Below, piece after piece: positions 1 to 9,760 of a DNA stretch of 64,000 nucleotides; position 1 is the first letter of the stretch, and each line of letters begins with the position of its first letter. The notes beneath the pieces are model-generated. The model was not told the DNA's origin, searched no databases, and was given only the letters and a program-made list of their open reading frames with translations. The translations under genes were made by a program, and so were the position numbers. Source of the DNA: a virus; IMG/VR virus record IMGVR_UViG_3300045988_180769, positions 41,942 through 105,941 of that record, one strand, 5' to 3'.

Positions 1-582
1 GTGTCTGGAATTAACAACATAATCTAATCCATGTTTTTGCTTAATATGATAAGAATCATCTTCACATACGTGAGTTTGTAGAACTACTCGAGGTGTCGAA
101 TCGACACCCATCACTTTATCTCCTACTTTAATATCTTCGATCTTTTTTAAAGACCCATCAAACATTACAACTTCAGTTCCAGCGATCTCTGTTTTTCCAC
201 TTGCTCTACTACACAAGTAACAGCTCCATGGAAAAAGTTGTGTTAAATTTCCCCATTCAATATTTCTCCATCCCATTCTGAACTTTGGGAGCATTGTTGT
301 TTTGAAATAATTGAACGATAAAATTTTAAGCGTAGAATCCATTGAAGATTTTACATTCTCAACATACTCAAGATTCTCTGAATCAAGTGATTTACCCAGA
401 TATAACGCTCTTTCTGCCTGTGTTGTCATTTCTTTTAGCATCGCATCAACATCATTATCATATCCTTCCATGAGTTGATATAATGCTTTTCCAGGAAGAG
501 CTTCAATTACTTTATCTATTGTATCACATAAATAATTGAGTTGTATGTTTGAAAGTAAGTCTTTTCCATCAGGTGTTAGCAT
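1..582 (-). CDS. terminase large subunit-like P-loop ATPase, N-terminal 194 aa (gene continues past the window edge), with a Hint/intein-like segment directly after Walker A
   Basis: Hand translation from ATG at 582 (ATGCTAA overlap with the stop of the exonuclease gene); frame stays open to nt 1. The ...FPWSCYLCSRASGKT Walker A (nt 190-210) resembles the terminase SRxxGKT P-loop. The following IAGTEVVMFDGSLKKIEDIKVGDKVMGVD...LDYVVNSRH matches intein blocks A and B. This ORF is not in the supplied track. Confidence 0.5.
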   Translation of the reverse strand, partial: MLTPDGKDLLSNIQLNYLCDTIDKVIEALPGKALYQLMEGYDNDVDAMLKEMTTQAERALYLGKSLDSENLEYVENVKSSMDSTLKILSFNYFKTTMLPKFRMGWRNIEWGNLTQLFPWSCYLCSRASGKTEIAGTEVVMFDGSLKKIEDIKVGDKVMGVDSTPRVVLQTHVCEDDSYHIKQKHGLDYVVNSRH

Positions 583-1247
583 AATTGAAAACTTTCTCTG
601 TATCGAACAGTTTTTTCATTCATTAATTCACTTTGTCCTTCTCCTCTCAATTTCTTGATGTATGATATTAGAAGTTCAGCATTCGCATCAACATCATTCT
701 GTGCTCTATGAGCATCAACGAGATCGACACCTGCCAATTGACAACAAGTTCCCAACTTGTAATCCATTTGCTCTAACGCTGAAAGATGAGCTATATGCAT
801 TGTATCAAGATAAAACTTCACATACCTATCAATATCATCTCCCATAAATTTAAAGAAGTTTTTGAGGAAAGCATTATCAAAACTAACAATATTGTGACCA
901 GCTAAAGTGCACATTTGTCTTGGATTTTTGTACTTTGTAAACCAATCTCTACATGTTTTAAAAATCTCTTTCAATGGAACTGAATTCTCATCTTGTGTTT
1001 CTTTTGTTATTCCATGTACTTCTAATGCCTGTTGAGAATAAATTAGACCTTCTTTATATCCATAAGGAAAAATCATATCAACTCGATCGATAATCTCTAA
1101 TTTTCTCAGATCAATACAAGACATTGCTATTTCAACACATGGTGAATTTTCGAATGCAATAATATCTTTAGTACAAAGATTTCCTGTTTCAAAATCGTAA
1201 ACGATTACATAATTACAACTACTCTTCATATACTTTATTATTTTCAT
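576..1247 (-). CDS. DEDDh (DnaQ-like) 3'-5' exonuclease
   Basis: 223 aa. Exo I VYDFETG, Exo II GHNIVSFDNAFL, Exo III HRAQNDVDANAELL (H-x4-D). Confidence 0.8.
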   Translation of the reverse strand: MKIIKYMKSSCNYVIVYDFETGNLCTKDIIAFENSPCVEIAMSCIDLRKLEIIDRVDMIFPYGYKEGLIYSQQALEVHGITKETQDENSVPLKEIFKTCRDWFTKYKNPRQMCTLAGHNIVSFDNAFLKNFFKFMGDDIDRYVKFYLDTMHIAHLSALEQMDYKLGTCCQLAGVDLVDAHRAQNDVDANAELLISYIKKLRGEGQSELMNEKTVRYRESFQLC

Positions 1248-1458
1248 TAGACAATACCTGATACATCTTTATAGTACAGTGTTTTTTTGGCACAACTCTA
1301 ATTTCATTTCCTCCTAAATATTCTGGAATGTGACCTCTTATCAAATATGCCTGTACATCATTTCGATTAAATGGTTTGCCATTTTCTTTGGTGAAATTTT
1401 CATTCATCCAATTCATCAAACCTTGTGCATTTACATCTGTTATTAAATACTTCTCCAT
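1219..1458 (-). CDS. hypothetical protein (79 aa)
   Basis: ORF co-oriented and tightly packed with its neighbours; no recognised motif. Confidence 0.5.
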   Translation of the reverse strand: MEKYLITDVNAQGLMNWMNENFTKENGKPFNRNDVQAYLIRGHIPEYLGGNEIRVVPKKHCTIKMYQVLSNENNKVYEE

Positions 1459-1459
1459 T

Positions 1460-1852
1460 TTATCTCGCTATTAAAAGTCTTTCATAATCGATATCTCGAT
1501 CCTCTTCATTTTCATATATCACATAACAATTCTTTATAGGATTGTCTTTAAATGAAGCTGTTTCATCCTCGAGTTTATTTATAATAATCACTGGCCTTCC
1601 ATCTTTATCGTAATCCTTTTCTGTTGATATGATTAAAAACTTGAGAAGACTATAATTATTTCCAAAGATAAAATTCTTCCTTTTTATCTCATTTTCAAAA
1701 CCCTGCCATCGAAGAGCTTCTTCATATACTTTATCAAGATTAGAAGAATCAGGAAACTCCATATAATCTTCCAATCTTGATGCTAATCTTTTTGCTCCTA
1801 TGCTTTTAAACACTTCTGTACAAAGTTCAATTATTTCTTGATCTTTACTCAT
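1460..1852 (-). CDS. hypothetical protein (130 aa)
   Basis: ATG start checked; 8-nt overlap with the upstream gene. Confidence 0.55.
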   Translation of the reverse strand: MSKDQEIIELCTEVFKSIGAKRLASRLEDYMEFPDSSNLDKVYEEALRWQGFENEIKRKNFIFGNNYSLLKFLIISTEKDYDKDGRPVIIINKLEDETASFKDNPIKNCYVIYENEEDRDIDYERLLIAR

Positions 1853-2276
1853 TTTTCTCTTTTTCTAAAAGTTCTTCTAAATGATCTCTTGAAATTTGAT
1901 ATTTCAATCTCGATCTATCTCCAAAATCATAGATATAATGGCATTCTCTACAAGCCAATACAATATTATCTTCATCACATCTTAACTTTGGATGAGCACC
2001 TCTTGAAAGAATGTGACTAAAATAAATCGGCTTCATTGTTGATCCTAAATAAGTTCCACAATGGAAACAATAATGAGTTCTTTTCTCCCATATCCTTTCC
2101 ATTACAACTTGAAGATCATTTTCATCATTCTCTAATGTGGCTCGATTAAACTTCTCTTTCTTTTTATTAGAAGCACAATCTTTACAAAGCCATTTATTTC
2201 GATCGTAAATCTTATGATTTGTTTTGCAACAAACACAAGGCCTTACTTCTTCTTTTTCTTTTCTGAAATAGGACAT
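1845..2276 (-). CDS. HNH / NinG(Rap)-like zinc-finger endonuclease
   Basis: N-terminal CxxC...CxxC ribbon (CVCCKTNH...CKDC), second CxxC (CFHCG) and FSHILSRGAHPKLRCDEDNIVLACRECHYIYD (H..N..CxxCH core). Confidence 0.6.
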   Translation of the reverse strand: MSYFRKEKEEVRPCVCCKTNHKIYDRNKWLCKDCASNKKKEKFNRATLENDENDLQVVMERIWEKRTHYCFHCGTYLGSTMKPIYFSHILSRGAHPKLRCDEDNIVLACRECHYIYDFGDRSRLKYQISRDHLEELLEKEKNE

Positions 2277-2279
2277 ATC

Positions 2280-2777
2280 TTAATATGTTAATGCACTTTT
2301 ACATGCATGTTTATATTGACAATCTTTACACTCAATTTCATCATAGAGTAATCCATCGTATTCTCCACATAATATAAAACCTCTTGGAGTGTTCCAAAAC
2401 TTCTTTCTTTGATACTCTATATATTCCTTTGAATAACTATATTTATTACTCTTCAAAGGATTAACAAGTCTTCTTTCTCTTTGAAATCTCGATACAATAA
2501 AACTCCTTGTACTTGTTCTTTCATTCCATCGTTTTATAGAGTTTAAACTTATACTCTTCAATAATGTGAAAGATACTCTTCGAGAATAACGATTTTCAGA
2601 TAAAACAGCCTGAAACAATAAAAACTCCCATATTCCATCAATTGAATTAATCTTTGTTTCCTCAAAGAAACGATTAATTGCTTTGAGATTTTTTGGAGTT
2701 CTTTTCACTTCATATGAAGGAGAACAATTTAATCTTTGTACTAAATACTCAAATATTTCACAAAATTCCTCTAACAT
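2280..2777 (-). CDS. hypothetical protein (165 aa), Cys-rich C-terminus
   Basis: ATG start checked; C-terminal CGEYDG...ECKDCQYKHAC cluster. Confidence 0.55.
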   Translation of the reverse strand: MLEEFCEIFEYLVQRLNCSPSYEVKRTPKNLKAINRFFEETKINSIDGIWEFLLFQAVLSENRYSRRVSFTLLKSISLNSIKRWNERTSTRSFIVSRFQRERRLVNPLKSNKYSYSKEYIEYQRKKFWNTPRGFILCGEYDGLLYDEIECKDCQYKHACKSALTY

Positions 2778-2805
2778 AATAAAATAGTATCTATTGATTG
2801 TAAAA

Positions 2806-2829
2806 GAAAGGATGAGTAATCATCCTTTC
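2806..2829 (-). terminator. 10-bp perfect stem-loop (GAAAGGATGA-TTAC-TCATCCTTTC) followed by TTTT on the minus strand
   Basis: Read directly. Lies between the stop at 2858 and the start at 2777, only 4 nt downstream of a promoter-like box. Confidence 0.5.
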
Positions 2830-2833
2830 CAAG

Positions 2834-2844
2834 TCTAAAGATAC
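2834..2844 (-). promoter_or_regulatory. promoter-like box GTATCTTTAGA (minus-strand reading)
   Basis: Member of a recurring intergenic motif whose TATCTTTA core approximates the Bacteroidota -7 element TAnnTTTG. Confidence 0.4.
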
Positions 2845-2857
2845 AAAACATTCAAAA

Positions 2858-3415
2858 TCAATCCCACGAAATTTTAAGATTAAGTTTCTCTTCCTGATCA
2901 TGAACAATAGGTTTGTATCTTGATTCTGTTGTCAAGTCTCTTTCTGCAACAGTATTGTATTCCAAAAGAGCTTTCTCTTTATCAACAGATCTTGATATCC
3001 ATAAACCAATCATTTGATTTGGCTCCATATTTCCAATTGTTACTTTTTGATCAATTGTCGCTTCATACAATTCAGTCTCAAAAGGTTTACTGTAAGAATC
3101 ATCTACACTTTCCATATACTGTTCATCTCCACTTTGTGTCAGTAATGTTGCTCCTATCATAAAAGTACAGACATTTGTTTCTGGCGATTCAAACCACAAC
3201 TCAACATTTTCAGCTACTTTCTCAGAATTATTCTGTAAAATTATTGCTCTGTATTGTGTCTTTGCATCTTTAATTTCTGACAAACTCAATTCATCAAACA
3301 AGTTTCCATTAACATCATTGGGAACACGAGTTGAAGATGGAAATCCACCCAAAGAATTGATATAATTCGTTTGAGGTTGTAAATATCCTGAACTTACTGT
3401 ATAATATAATTTCAT
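2858..3415 (-). CDS. hypothetical virion or fibre-associated protein (185 aa)
   Basis: Position directly downstream of the fibre genes; ATG checked. Confidence 0.5.
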   Translation of the reverse strand: MKLYYTVSSGYLQPQTNYINSLGGFPSSTRVPNDVNGNLFDELSLSEIKDAKTQYRAIILQNNSEKVAENVELWFESPETNVCTFMIGATLLTQSGDEQYMESVDDSYSKPFETELYEATIDQKVTIGNMEPNQMIGLWISRSVDKEKALLEYNTVAERDLTTESRYKPIVHDQEEKLNLKISWD

Positions 3416-3418
3416 CTC

Positions 3419-4252
3419 TTAATTTGATTTTGGAAAATTAGCCAAAGACCAATATTCTGATTTAACTGTATTGTCAATAGAAACGACTCCTCCATTGTTT
3501 CTCACTCTCGCAATATAGAATTCGTTTTCTGATTTTACAGGAGGTTGTTCTAATGTCACCTCTTGTACCAAACTGAAATTGTAGTAACTATATGTATAAA
3601 GTCCTTTCAATTGCTCATCTGTGAAAACTTTTCCCAATGGAATTGTACCTAAAATAATAACTTGAAGATTAGTTTCTGCAACAAAATCTGACGCTGATGT
3701 TAACACAAGATTTTGATTATCGATTACATTAACAATCTCATAAATACCATTATTCAAAGGTAGTGAACCATCTTCTTTGATAAATCTTATTGCAACTGGA
3801 GTTTTTCCTGATTGTCCTCTTACTTTTCCACTAAAATCAACTGTTCCAGTTACAACACCTTTTTGATTTACACTCACTAAACCATTTTCATAATTCTTCG
3901 TTGTATAACCTACTTTCAACCAATAATAGGTGCTATCAGCAGGAATTGAGAAGTTGTCATAAATATTTGTTAAGTTCACTACTTGTCCCAAAGCATTTAC
4001 TGTCATTCCTGGAAGAATTTGAACTGTTCCTCCTGTTGTTCCTTGTTGCACTTCAAATGGATTTAAATCTACAAAACCATCTTTTGTTACAAAGTCAGGA
4101 TTAAACACTTTAGGATTGTTTGTTACAATACCATAAGTATAACTCGTTGCAACAAGAATCTGTCCAAGTGGATGATTCTGTAAGAAGCTCTGTAAATTCA
4201 TTACTTCTTCCTTCTCTAAGAAGGTGTTTCTATTTACATTAATCTGTGTCAT
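3419..4252 (-). CDS. hypothetical virion or fibre-associated protein (277 aa)
   Basis: Position downstream of the 1812-aa fibre; ATG checked. Confidence 0.5.
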   Translation of the reverse strand: MTQINVNRNTFLEKEEVMNLQSFLQNHPLGQILVATSYTYGIVTNNPKVFNPDFVTKDGFVDLNPFEVQQGTTGGTVQILPGMTVNALGQVVNLTNIYDNFSIPADSTYYWLKVGYTTKNYENGLVSVNQKGVVTGTVDFSGKVRGQSGKTPVAIRFIKEDGSLPLNNGIYEIVNVIDNQNLVLTSASDFVAETNLQVIILGTIPLGKVFTDEQLKGLYTYSYYNFSLVQEVTLEQPPVKSENEFYIARVRNNGGVVSIDNTVKSEYWSLANFPKSN

Positions 4253-4267
4253 ATATCTTTTTCTTAA

Positions 4268-7200
4268 TTAAAACCAATTTGGATACTGATCATGAAGATC
4301 TTGATATTCTGTTAAACTTGTACAATTATAATAGCAATTAGTATGAGCGATTTGACTCATTGATGGGAAACCATCAAAAGTTAATTGGAATGCTGGATCA
4401 AACATAAATGGCATTGGTAGATCCAGATAAACTCCATATTTGTTATACAATTCACAATATGGAGCGTTTATCAATTTCGAACAATTATAGAACAAATTGT
4501 TATAAGCCAAACAAGTTTTAAATAAGCCACTTGTTATTGTAGCATTCGAAATTGAATATCCAAATGGATACTTATCCATATTAGTCAAGTTTATACATCC
4601 TGAAAACATTTCAACTACAGATTGAATACTATTGCTACTTGCTGGTATAATCGTTGAACCAATTGTTCTTAGGTTTGTACAATTCTTAAAACATCCCACA
4701 TAAGAAGCACATTTATCGCTAACAAAGTAATTACTTGGAATTGTCACAACGCCACTTCCTTCAAAAGTGCTTTGACATAATATAGCATCGTTGAGCTTTA
4801 TATTATCAATATTCAAAAGAACTTTATTATCCATAAATGTTTGAACCCAAGAAATACTTAATGTTGCATGTACATTAAATGCATTCGAGCTTACTTGTGA
4901 TAAGTTCGTACTCGCGAATGCCTGTGTAAATACAGCTGTATTTACATTTCCAATAAATGAATTAGACTGTAATGATGTTATTCCTGTACCTGCACAAAAA
5001 TATGTCGCATCGCAATCACTTCCACTCATAAATGAAATTTGACATGGTGCACTTAGAGATGTACATCTTCTAAACATTCCAATACAATTGATAATGTTTA
5101 TGGCGTTTATATCAAATTGTATGCTCGTTAGAATAGAGCAATCTTGAAACATACTACCAACAGTACATCCTTGTCCTGATGGTGAAATTTGTCCAGTTAC
5201 ATTTGTAATTTTTGTACCAGCAAAAGTCCTATAATAATTATCTACTCCATATCCACCAAGATAATTTGTAAGATTTATAGCTCCACTAATATTACTTCCT
5301 TCATAAGTAGAGATATAACTTGTTCCAAACGATAATTGATTCGAAGGAACACTCTTTAATGAAGAGCAATTGAAAAAGAAGTAATCTGTACTACCAGATA
5401 TCAATCCTGTTGTCCATGATGCAACTTCTGTCAATTTCGAACAATTTGCAAACGCTCTTTCTGTGAATGAAGTGGAAACCTTTGTTGTAAACCATTTAAC
5501 CACTCTTCTTAATTGTGTTTGGAACGAAACTAATGGATATGGTTGGCCCCAGATCATTTGAACAGTTTGATCATTAAAATCAAAAGTGATCGTATAAGTT
5601 CCCATTGTTCCATATGTATGAGAAATTGTTCCAATTGTTTGAGATCCATCTCCCCAATTTACTCTTAAATTGCCCAATCCTGTTACAGAAGTATTCTGAA
5701 TTGGTAATGATACTGGTTCGCCATTCGTAGAAGTTTGAATTTCTATTACAGCTCCATCTTCCATTGTAATATAAACAGTCTTTGAAGTTTCTGTTGGTCC
5801 TACTGTATATTGACCATTTACAGTGAAATAATATGGTGAAGTTGCACTATATCCATATATATCACCAGCAGGTACATACCATTGAACTGTTCCTGATGTT
5901 CCAGTCACACCACTACTTATTCTATCAGTTACAGTCACACCACTAATTGGCTGACCAGCTGTGTTTCGAACATTGTATGTCACCATACATTTATTTCTTG
6001 GCATTACAACATTCACTGTAGTATCCATCTCTAAAACAGTTCCTGAACCACTTTGACTTTGATATGCATCTTTTGTCGCCTGCCATGAAAATGCTGTACC
6101 TGCTGGATAAGAACTAAAAATACAATAACCTGAACTACTTATGTAGTTTAATGTTCCATTACATCTTATCGCTACATCAGAAAGATAATTACCTGAATCA
6201 TCTCTTACCCAAAAAATAATCGAATAATATTTAGCCCCTAATTCAATAGGAAATATTGGTGTCGCCTTATTAACAGTAAAGAATGTAGTATTACTTGGAT
6301 AAACTGGTAATTTACTCGCAGTACAAATCAATGAATTATCTGACATAGGAACATTATAAAATAATGCATTTCCATCAGCACCTGAAACTGAACTCGTATT
6401 ATTAAAGTTTACACTCGCACCTTGAATTGCTCTTTGTGTTCCTCCATAATTCTCATAACAAAAAATCGTAACTGTTGTAGTCTTTCTTATGAAAGTCAAA
6501 TTTACAGTCATGTTATTATACACTGTAAAGTCAGATTCCAGATCTGTGAAATATGTTCCATACTTTGCAATGTAATGATAAGTACCTGCTGCAAGTTGAA
6601 CTACAACTCTACCATTGGCATCTGTTGCCACAGTAGTTTCTCCATCAATTGTTATCGAAGCACCCTCTAATGTGTTTTGTCCTTCTTTGGCAATAAAAGT
6701 CACATTATAAAGAACTGCATCTTTTTCTGTCAATCTTATAGTGTAGTTGTTTTGACCTTGTACAATGTTTAAATTTCCTGAATTAGGTTTGTAATCTGTA
6801 TGTGATGCTGTCCAAGGCCAAGTACCAAGAATTAAACTCCAATTCCCTGCAATACCATTAATATTAGAATATTTTGTTTCTCCATTGATTGTAACTGCAG
6901 CATTATTTATCGCAGTGCTTGTTGCATTATCTACAACAGTAACTGTAAGAGTTCCTCTTGTTTTGGCGAGATCAACAACAATTGCGATTGACTGATTTGT
7001 CAAAACTGCTGTTCCTGTTTGAATATCGTATCCTGTTCTTGTTACTGACCAAGGATAAGCACCTGGAATCTTAGTAAATGTAACATTACCTCTACCATCT
7101 GTATTCAAAGTTTCCTCATTACTTCCTGAACCAACTACTACTGGTTGATTAACTACTGGCTGTCCATCAATTCGAACTGTAAATACGATATTATAGGTTA

Positions 7201-9706
7201 TCAACTTCAATACAACATTCACTGTTTTATTGAAACTATTTACAATTACAACTCCTTGTTGCAGATAATAACCATCTTTATTTACTGTCCAGTTATACGA
7301 TCCTGAAATTCTTACAAATTGAGCTTTTCCTTGTTCATCTGTATTAATTGATTCTGTACCAATAGTAATAAGAGCGTCTGCAAGTGGTTGATCGTTTATA
7401 TCAACAACTGTAAAATCGATTGTGTATCCTATTTGAATAAGATTAATCTCTTTTATAACTGGTTGGCCATTGATTGTTATTTGACCTTGTTGTGTATAAA
7501 ATTCTGTTTTTGTAACTTGCCAATTATATGTTCCATCAATCTCTGAAAATACAACTGTTCCATTGGCATCTGTTTGCAAAGTCATTCCATTGAATGTAAC
7601 ATTTGCTTTCGCAACTGGAAGGCCATTACTTCGAACAATAAATGTTGCATCATACTTAGGAACAGGATTAAACTGCACATCTATGATTGCATTATTATAA
7701 ATCGTAAAATCAGCTTCTTTTGTAACAAAGCCTTCTTTAACGACTTTATAGTGATATGTACCTGCTGCTAATACAAAACCTGTTCCCAATCCTTGAGCAT
7801 TCGTTACTCCTGTTTGAGGATCAATATCTGTACCAGTAACTAATATTGATGCACCTGAAACTGGATCGACACCATTTCGAACTCTAAATGTAACATTGTA
7901 ATATGGAATTTTTTCGAGCTCGATTTCAATATTGGTACTATCGATAATCTCAGCATTTCTTCTTATCGTATAATAATCTTCATACTCGACAACATATGGA
8001 TAAATTCCTGGAAACACATCAAATGTTGCAATACCACTTGAACTTGTATACTGAATCTTACCTCCAAAAGTGATCTTTACATTCTGCATCAATTCTTTTG
8101 TTACAGAGTCTCTCACATAGAATGTGACCACTCTTTCATAGGCCAAACCTGGAAGTTGAATATACTCAACAGAATCTTTTGTTACAATCAAAACTCCTTC
8201 AACTTCATTAAAGTTCTCTGCTGTCGCTTTATAATACCATTGCCCTCTTGGAAGTATAATAGATGCTTCACCATTTACATCTGTTTTTAACATTTGTCCA
8301 TTTATCTCAATAGAAGTGTTTGGTATATATTTATTTCTACTTGAAAACACTTTAAAAAGTACTCTATAAGTCTCTTCTCCAGTATATGGTCTAATCAATT
8401 CACTACCAAAAACATTCTTATATCCAATAAGATAGGTTTTTAAGAAGTTTTCTACAGAGAATTTCGCCTGATAAGAGTTATTCTTATAATATGCTGCAAT
8501 GATATCTCTTTCTCCAAGATAACCCTGAGAAAATGGCAAATACAATGGTTTTACTTTGAAGTCATATACATAAGCATAAGGTGAATTCGATTCTGGTGTT
8601 CTATCCTGAATAAATATTGGTGCTATGTATTTCATATTAGGAAGAATTGACAATGCTCTTCCAGTTGCGAAATTTAAACTTGGTGCATTGAGGAATTTCT
8701 CATTTGTTGATAAAAGAAGTCCTTTTATGTAATAATACATTCCTTCGTTTGGCAAATTCAAATATTCAGCAGTATGAAACCATATCGAATTTCCTGTGAT
8801 CTGTCCATTTTCGAGAACTCCCATTTCAAGTGGAGCTCCATCTGTTGTTTCATAACCTGCAACACCAAACTTTAAATTTTCATTAGTTGTTCCTGAAACT
8901 TTTACTTGTAATGAAATCTCATAGCTTAAATTAGGATCAATGAGAATAAGTTTACTTAAATCCTCTCTTCCATCAATACCAACCATTTGATTTCCAAAGA
9001 AAGTCATTGCATTAAAGATCTCACCATCGTCACCATTTTCATCTTGTGTCAAACTAATGTTTCCTGATGGAAATAATGGATAGTTGTCTAATGACTCTAC
9101 TCCTTTTGTATATTCGAATGCTTTTGTTACATTCATTACAGTATTCGTTCGATCATAAGTTGGAGAACTATGACCCATCGCCCATCCTGTACTTTCAGGT
9201 TTCAATAAAGCAAAGATAAATTCATCTAATGAATTGTATCTAATTAAGCGAAGGAGTTCTCCTAAGATTTCTCCTTCTTTGCTTATAATATCTAATCGTC
9301 CTCTTTTTGAATATTCCAGTAAATAATTATAGAAGAGATATTCCATTTGATCCTGACTATCTACAAGATTAGTCACAAGACCTCTGTTTTGAATAAAGAG
9401 TTCGAATAATATCTTGTTTGAATCAATTTCCTTATACTTTCGAGCATAGAGAACTGTTAATGCAAACATATGTGTTATCGTTCCCCAAAAAGCTCTAAAG
9501 TCAGGATTATCTTTCTTTTTGATGAAAGTTGGTAAAATTCCGATTCCTTCCAATTTAGCTAATACATTTTCAGCCCAACCCATAACAGCTTTATCATTTT
9601 CTTCGAAAAAGCGACTAAAGACCAGGTTATCATATATTGAAGAACTTGAAGTTATAAATAAGTCTCCACATGGATGTTCTTCTCTTGGATCAATTCTTTC
9701 TCTCAT
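4268..9706 (-). CDS. tail fibre / receptor-binding protein (1812 aa): unique N-terminal region, about 11 beta-sandwich repeats, PKD-like domain, BspA-type LRR C-terminus
   Basis: Repeated approx 85-aa units with the signature V.F.V..G.P..GA.VT.NG...TDANG.....G.Y.Y.V.K.GY (CarboxypepD_reg-like). VNWGDGSQTIGTISHTYGTMGTYTITF is PKD-like. About 11 F..C..L repeats (FANCSKLTEV, FFNCSSLKSV, FQDCSILTSI, FRRCTSLSAP, FKNCTNLRTI, FYNCSKLINA...) are typical of BspA/LRR_5. Confidence 0.8.
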   Translation of the reverse strand: MRERIDPREEHPCGDLFITSSSSIYDNLVFSRFFEENDKAVMGWAENVLAKLEGIGILPTFIKKKDNPDFRAFWGTITHMFALTVLYARKYKEIDSNKILFELFIQNRGLVTNLVDSQDQMEYLFYNYLLEYSKRGRLDIISKEGEILGELLRLIRYNSLDEFIFALLKPESTGWAMGHSSPTYDRTNTVMNVTKAFEYTKGVESLDNYPLFPSGNISLTQDENGDDGEIFNAMTFFGNQMVGIDGREDLSKLILIDPNLSYEISLQVKVSGTTNENLKFGVAGYETTDGAPLEMGVLENGQITGNSIWFHTAEYLNLPNEGMYYYIKGLLLSTNEKFLNAPSLNFATGRALSILPNMKYIAPIFIQDRTPESNSPYAYVYDFKVKPLYLPFSQGYLGERDIIAAYYKNNSYQAKFSVENFLKTYLIGYKNVFGSELIRPYTGEETYRVLFKVFSSRNKYIPNTSIEINGQMLKTDVNGEASIILPRGQWYYKATAENFNEVEGVLIVTKDSVEYIQLPGLAYERVVTFYVRDSVTKELMQNVKITFGGKIQYTSSSGIATFDVFPGIYPYVVEYEDYYTIRRNAEIIDSTNIEIELEKIPYYNVTFRVRNGVDPVSGASILVTGTDIDPQTGVTNAQGLGTGFVLAAGTYHYKVVKEGFVTKEADFTIYNNAIIDVQFNPVPKYDATFIVRSNGLPVAKANVTFNGMTLQTDANGTVVFSEIDGTYNWQVTKTEFYTQQGQITINGQPVIKEINLIQIGYTIDFTVVDINDQPLADALITIGTESINTDEQGKAQFVRISGSYNWTVNKDGYYLQQGVVIVNSFNKTVNVVLKLITYNIVFTVRIDGQPVVNQPVVVGSGSNEETLNTDGRGNVTFTKIPGAYPWSVTRTGYDIQTGTAVLTNQSIAIVVDLAKTRGTLTVTVVDNATSTAINNAAVTINGETKYSNINGIAGNWSLILGTWPWTASHTDYKPNSGNLNIVQGQNNYTIRLTEKDAVLYNVTFIAKEGQNTLEGASITIDGETTVATDANGRVVVQLAAGTYHYIAKYGTYFTDLESDFTVYNNMTVNLTFIRKTTTVTIFCYENYGGTQRAIQGASVNFNNTSSVSGADGNALFYNVPMSDNSLICTASKLPVYPSNTTFFTVNKATPIFPIELGAKYYSIIFWVRDDSGNYLSDVAIRCNGTLNYISSSGYCIFSSYPAGTAFSWQATKDAYQSQSGSGTVLEMDTTVNVVMPRNKCMVTYNVRNTAGQPISGVTVTDRISSGVTGTSGTVQWYVPAGDIYGYSATSPYYFTVNGQYTVGPTETSKTVYITMEDGAVIEIQTSTNGEPVSLPIQNTSVTGLGNLRVNWGDGSQTIGTISHTYGTMGTYTITFDFNDQTVQMIWGQPYPLVSFQTQLRRVVKWFTTKVSTSFTERAFANCSKLTEVASWTTGLISGSTDYFFFNCSSLKSVPSNQLSFGTSYISTYEGSNISGAINLTNYLGGYGVDNYYRTFAGTKITNVTGQISPSGQGCTVGSMFQDCSILTSIQFDINAINIINCIGMFRRCTSLSAPCQISFMSGSDCDATYFCAGTGITSLQSNSFIGNVNTAVFTQAFASTNLSQVSSNAFNVHATLSISWVQTFMDNKVLLNIDNIKLNDAILCQSTFEGSGVVTIPSNYFVSDKCASYVGCFKNCTNLRTIGSTIIPASSNSIQSVVEMFSGCINLTNMDKYPFGYSISNATITSGLFKTCLAYNNLFYNCSKLINAPYCELYNKYGVYLDLPMPFMFDPAFQLTFDGFPSMSQIAHTNCYYNCTSLTEYQDLHDQYPNWF
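5760..8370 (-). repeat. array of diverged approx 85-90-aa Ig/CarboxypepD_reg-like domain repeats inside the 1812-aa fibre (approximate bounds)
   Basis: Protein-level periodicity seen in the translation; the DNA copies are diverged. Confidence 0.6.
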
Positions 9707-9760
9707 CTTATTGTTATTTACTGCATAAAAATACTAATTAATCTTTTAATTACAAACTCC

